A stretch of DNA of 64,000 nt from Candidatus Kaiserbacteria bacterium (GTDB lineage: Bacteria; Patescibacteriota; Minisyncoccia; Phycocordibacterales; Phycocordibacteraceae): positions 404,562 through 468,561 of the forward strand of contig OY969413.1 of the NCBI GenBank assembly GCA_963699165.1, given 5' to 3'. Below, piece after piece: positions 60,391-64,000 of this stretch (its first letter is position 1; every line of letters starts with the position of its first letter). The position numbers and the translations under genes were made by a program. A model generated the notes under the pieces. It saw nothing but the letters and a program-made list of their open reading frames with translations, was not told the DNA's origin and ran no database searches.

Positions 60391-61230
60391 TCAGAGGAGA
60401 AAGCGGAAAATCGAGAGGACTATGACAAGGATAATAGCAGCGATTCCTGTCGGAATTGCGATGCTCGAGACGATGGAAGGCGCGGGGGCTTTTGGCGCGG
60501 GTGCAGTCGCAAAAGAATTTAGCGCGGATGTTTTTGCAGGAGTCGGAATTGCCGGAACTACGGTTTGCAGAACGGTCGTAGTTGCCGTGGTAGTCGCGGA
60601 GCGGCCGGTGTTTGAAATCGACTTAATCGTTTGGGTGGGAGTTGGGAATGACGTCGATGTCGAAGGCGGCGACGAAGGATTTGGTTTGGTCAATGATGCC
60701 GGTGAGTTTACGGAAAGAGTTGAGACAATCGGAGAGATAGCGCCCGGACTTGCGGAGACAGTACTGGAAGAAGTCGAGCGCCACGTAGTGCGCACATCGC
60801 ACGTAGAACAATCAAAGTTGATGGCATAGCTGTTTGCGCCGGTAGCTTTGCCGTGGAACTTGCCCAAAGAGTCGATAGTGACGCCGAGAAAAGAGACGAA
60901 TCCCGCTTGCGAATCCCATGCGAAACCGGAGAGGTTGCCGTGGCTGTCATTCATCACGCCGCTTCCAGTCGGGGAAAGGTTAATCCATCCGTCGTTAGCG
61001 CTCCATGCGTAACCGGTGACAGCAGAGTCGGTGACGGAGATGTTTCCGTTTTGTGCGGCAAAGTTAACCCATCCTGCCACGCTTCCCCATGCGTATTTGT
61101 GTGCGGGGTCGATTGTGCCGGAAGAAGCGTCAGCGAAAGAAACGCCGGTGAAAAGAAACAGAGTGAGGACTGCTCCGCGCACGAATACATGCGCGAGCTT
61201 ATTTCTTCGATTTGGTGCTTGTTGCTGCAT
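60391..61230 (-). CDS. Secreted, C-terminally anchored protein with GYAW...GWI repeats and Ser/Thr/Pro stalk
   Basis: YAWGSVAGWVNF, GYAWSANDGWINL, GFAWDSQAGFVSF; C-terminal TM. Confidence 0.8.
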   Translation of the reverse strand: MQQQAPNRRNKLAHVFVRGAVLTLFLFTGVSFADASSGTIDPAHKYAWGSVAGWVNFAAQNGNISVTDSAVTGYAWSANDGWINLSPTGSGVMNDSHGNLSGFAWDSQAGFVSFLGVTIDSLGKFHGKATGANSYAINFDCSTCDVRTTWRSTSSSTVSASPGAISPIVSTLSVNSPASLTKPNPSSPPSTSTSFPTPTQTIKSISNTGRSATTTATTTVLQTVVPAIPTPAKTSALNSFATAPAPKAPAPSIVSSIAIPTGIAAIILVIVLSIFRFLL

Positions 61231-61657
61231 TGGTTGAAGTGGCCGTTGCCGGTGGAACAGACTGCGAAACAGTTTGGGTTGCCGCTCCATCATTCACCGG
61301 ACCGACATTGATGAGTTTGTCGGTTGAAGGGCGGTACAGGAGCGCTTCGGGAGGGTTTTGATAGACGATGAGGATATCGCCGTTCTCGGCATTTACGAGG
61401 AAGGGTTGGCCTCGCTTCGCGCTTCCCGCATCTTTGATGGTTGCCATGGTTGGCGTCTCGTTTGGTAGTTGAATGAGTTTGCCGACATTTGCGAGTATTT
61501 GGGCTGCTTGTTCAGCTCCGGAAAGTTCGGGGTGTGTGCGGTACACGGTATATCGGCCGAGCCAGAAGGAAGCTCCAAGAGCAAGAATGACGGCAATCCA
61601 GAACGCAGATCGACGGGCAAAGCGCAATATGGAGTTGGTTCGGAGTTTGACATCCAT
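61199..61657 (-). CDS. Hypothetical single-TM protein
   Basis: VGKLIQLPNETPTMATI...FLVNAENGD...ALLYRPSTDKLINVGP. Confidence 0.75.
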   Translation of the reverse strand: MDVKLRTNSILRFARRSAFWIAVILALGASFWLGRYTVYRTHPELSGAEQAAQILANVGKLIQLPNETPTMATIKDAGSAKRGQPFLVNAENGDILIVYQNPPEALLYRPSTDKLINVGPVNDGAATQTVSQSVPPATATSTNAATSTKSKK

Positions 61658-61663
61658 AGCGGG

Positions 61664-64000
61664 CTAGTTTGCGGTGGAAGAATCCATCGCATCGGTGCTT
61701 GAAGCGTCAGGCGTAGTCGGTTCGGAAGTGGAAGCATCGGTCAAAGAAGATCCGGAACCCGCGGCCGCTGGCGCGGCCGCGCTACCGCTTCCACCGCCTC
61801 CGCTTCCCTGCCCCGCATTTTGCAAAAGCTGTTGCAGCTGACTTCCGGTAACGCAGGTTCCATCAACGCAGAGCTTTTGTGTATTTTCTTGTTGCGAATT
61901 TACCGTCGTCGCATTCAACACCGCCGTCGTGATTGATTGCGAAAATGCATTCACCTGCGTCGCGAGCGCCTGCACCGCCTTCACAAGCGGCGCGATGAGA
62001 CCGACGTAGTTGACCGTGAGCGTACCATCGGGCGTGAGAGAGGTCGGCGAAGTGGTTGAAACGAGTTCGGGGAAGATTTGCTGAACCTGTTGCGCGACGA
62101 AGCCGAGGTTGGTTCCGGAATCGCTCTGGTCGAGACGGGTGTATGAGACAGGCACAAGTCCTTCGATTGCAGAAAGAGAGGAAGAAGCATCGAGCAACGT
62201 GATGTTGGTTTTCAACCGCTGGTCTGACGACTGGAAGATAGAACCGCTATATGTGGCGTTGCCATTATCACGAACCGAGAAGACAGTTGTGGAAGCACTG
62301 TTCACCACGGCAAAAGCTGTGGTCGAGGCGGTGTCTGGACCCCACACGGTGAGGAGAGAATACGGAGAGGTTGTGCCGATGCCGATGTTGCCTTTGAGTA
62401 TTGATTGCCAAGCACTGGACCATTTAGTCCCGCTCGTGCTTATGCCGGAGGTGTTGTAGTAGAGGGTAGAGCCAGTTGAACCGTCGTAGCGGAGAAACTG
62501 CGAGGCATTGGGAGCAGAAAACGTCGGTGCTCCAACGCCCGAGTAGAAACCAGGGGCTGTACCGGATTGAATTGCCGTCGAATTACTGCCGAGGCCAGTA
62601 ATGGCGTAGCCGATGACTATTTCGTTCGAGTCGCTCGAGGCCAAAGCCTTGGTGCTAGCGCCTTCATATACTGAGTACGACGACGCCTGGTTGGCTGTTG
62701 AACCATCCGCAATATAATCGCCGGCATTGTAGCCATTGGCGGTATTGCCGATGCCTGTTGTATTGCCGCCAAGCGCACCTTGCCCGTCGGCAGTATTACC
62801 ACTGCCAGTAGAGTTAGCGTACAGAGCGCTTTGACCGTTAGCTACGTTGAACGCGCCAGACGACACATTGTAGAGGGCATTGTACCCAATCGCCGTATTG
62901 TTGCCGCCTGAAGTAAGAAGGTGGAGCGCGTCAAACCCAACAGCAGTATTGCCAGCACCGGTCGTGTTTGTGGAGAGTGCGTTTGCGCCCACTGCCGTAT
63001 TTCCATTCCCGGATGTGTTAGAAACGAGAGCACTAAACCCAAATGCCGAGTTGCCTGATCCCGTGCTTCCTGTCCCCGAGCGGTTTGCCAAAAGTGCACC
63101 ATACCCTACAGCGGTGTCGAGTGTACTCAACTGTGGTCCGAAAAGCAGCGTCGGTGATGACGCTAATTGCGCATTGTTTTGCGCATACTCAGAAACGGCG
63201 TATCCGTAGTTTGCTATCTCAAAGGCTGTAGCGATGTACGAATAGCCATTATTGTCAGGGTGGGTATTGTCTGAATACAGGCATGTATCCGCGTAGGATA
63301 GCGAGAGCACACACGTTTGCAAGACGTTGGCAGTAGGTGCTACGGCGTAGCCATACTGCATAGCAACTTGGTCAATTGTCACATTGAATAGATATTGCAT
63401 TACGGGGTCTTGTGATGCGTTGTCCATCGGAAGCTCGCCCAGGACGACATTCTTGCTGCCGACGATAGCAGCGAACGCTGACGCAACCGTAATAAGATTC
63501 GCCCGGAAGGTCGCGACATTTATTTGCGAGTCATTCGCACTGGCGCCGGCATCGTTATTACCAATCATCAGATGGACTCTCATCCCTGGAGCAAGAGTCG
63601 TGGCGTCGCTCATATATCGCTTTATTAGCGATCCAGTTGAGGAACTTGACTGATTGCAAGGCGAACCAGCAGTCGTCGTGTACTCAAGGCATGTGCCTGA
63701 AACGGCCTCGTTGACTTCCGCCGCAGAATCGTGAATGGATACTAGGTCGGAGAAACACGTCCCCGAGGGAGAAGCGGAGGTTCGTGAACAGGACGTTGCT
63801 CCGATACCTGCCGTTGCAGAGTCGCCATCGAACCAATCATCTCCCGAAGGCGTCGGGAGCGAGTAGGAACCAAGTCCCCCATTCGCAGGAGGAAGAACAC
63901 CCGTCACTTCAGACGTGAGATCGACGAGCGAGGCGGTGAGAGCTCCGGCAGTCGCATGGAGTATGCCCGTGAAGGAAGAACCTATGTTTGTAAGACCGGA
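61664..64000 (-). CDS. Large fibre/adhesin-like protein (5'-truncated) with SGNH hydrolase, NTAxG repeats and peptidase S74 chaperone domain
   Basis: Frame open to window edge; GDS/G/GNND/DNTH blocks; GNTAVG repeats; IGIGTTSP; SSDQRLKTNI...GFVAQQVQQIFPELV...VNYVGLIAPLVKAVQ. Confidence 0.85.
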   Translation of the reverse strand, partial: SGLTNIGSSFTGILHATAGALTASLVDLTSEVTGVLPPANGGLGSYSLPTPSGDDWFDGDSATAGIGATSCSRTSASPSGTCFSDLVSIHDSAAEVNEAVSGTCLEYTTTAGSPCNQSSSSTGSLIKRYMSDATTLAPGMRVHLMIGNNDAGASANDSQINVATFRANLITVASAFAAIVGSKNVVLGELPMDNASQDPVMQYLFNVTIDQVAMQYGYAVAPTANVLQTCVLSLSYADTCLYSDNTHPDNNGYSYIATAFEIANYGYAVSEYAQNNAQLASSPTLLFGPQLSTLDTAVGYGALLANRSGTGSTGSGNSAFGFSALVSNTSGNGNTAVGANALSTNTTGAGNTAVGFDALHLLTSGGNNTAIGYNALYNVSSGAFNVANGQSALYANSTGSGNTADGQGALGGNTTGIGNTANGYNAGDYIADGSTANQASSYSVYEGASTKALASSDSNEIVIGYAITGLGSNSTAIQSGTAPGFYSGVGAPTFSAPNASQFLRYDGSTGSTLYYNTSGISTSGTKWSSAWQSILKGNIGIGTTSPYSLLTVWGPDTASTTAFAVVNSASTTVFSVRDNGNATYSGSIFQSSDQRLKTNITLLDASSSLSAIEGLVPVSYTRLDQSDSGTNLGFVAQQVQQIFPELVSTTSPTSLTPDGTLTVNYVGLIAPLVKAVQALATQVNAFSQSITTAVLNATTVNSQQENTQKLCVDGTCVTGSQLQQLLQNAGQGSGGGGSGSAAAPAAAGSGSSLTDASTSEPTTPDASSTDAMDSSTAN

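Noticed and set aside
61664-64000. Prophage suggested by the S74 tail-fibre domain
   Set aside because: No capsid, terminase, portal or integrase; neighbours are cell-surface genes and rpoB

Overview
Bacterial chromosomal segment (standard code, TGA used as stop) with the gene content and style of a Patescibacteria/CPR (Parcubacteria-like) genome: short IF-2, tandem small pilin-like genes, many orphan membrane/secreted proteins. Housekeeping genes: infB-rbfA, murI, gyrA, rpsA, uppP, lexA, prmC, hisS, rpoD-dnaG, rpoB-rpoC, and four tRNAs (Cys-GCA, Leu-TAA, Leu-TAG, Lys-CTT). Accessory content: a six-gene pilin-like array, a Cys-repeat surface protein, a GH130/phosphomannomutase operon, and a 5'-truncated fibre protein with SGNH and S74 domains. 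Mobile DNA: three near-identical 1080-bp IS481-family copies, an IS30 interrupted by an IS1595, and an HNH gene running into a tRNA. The most striking observation is that all three IS481 copies sit exactly 5 bp (the target duplication) upstream of a TTGAC(A/T) -35-like hexamer, in the same orientation. The transposase has no stop codon of its own and terminates on the TGA of that hexamer, and a decayed related IS end is stacked at one of the same sites. Other unexplained structures: a shared inverted-plus-direct T-arm duplication behind two tRNAs, an in-frame palindromic insert in prmC, REP-like palindromes, and promoter/terminator-bounded short transcripts without long ORFs. All calls were made by eye from motifs; no database searches were run.
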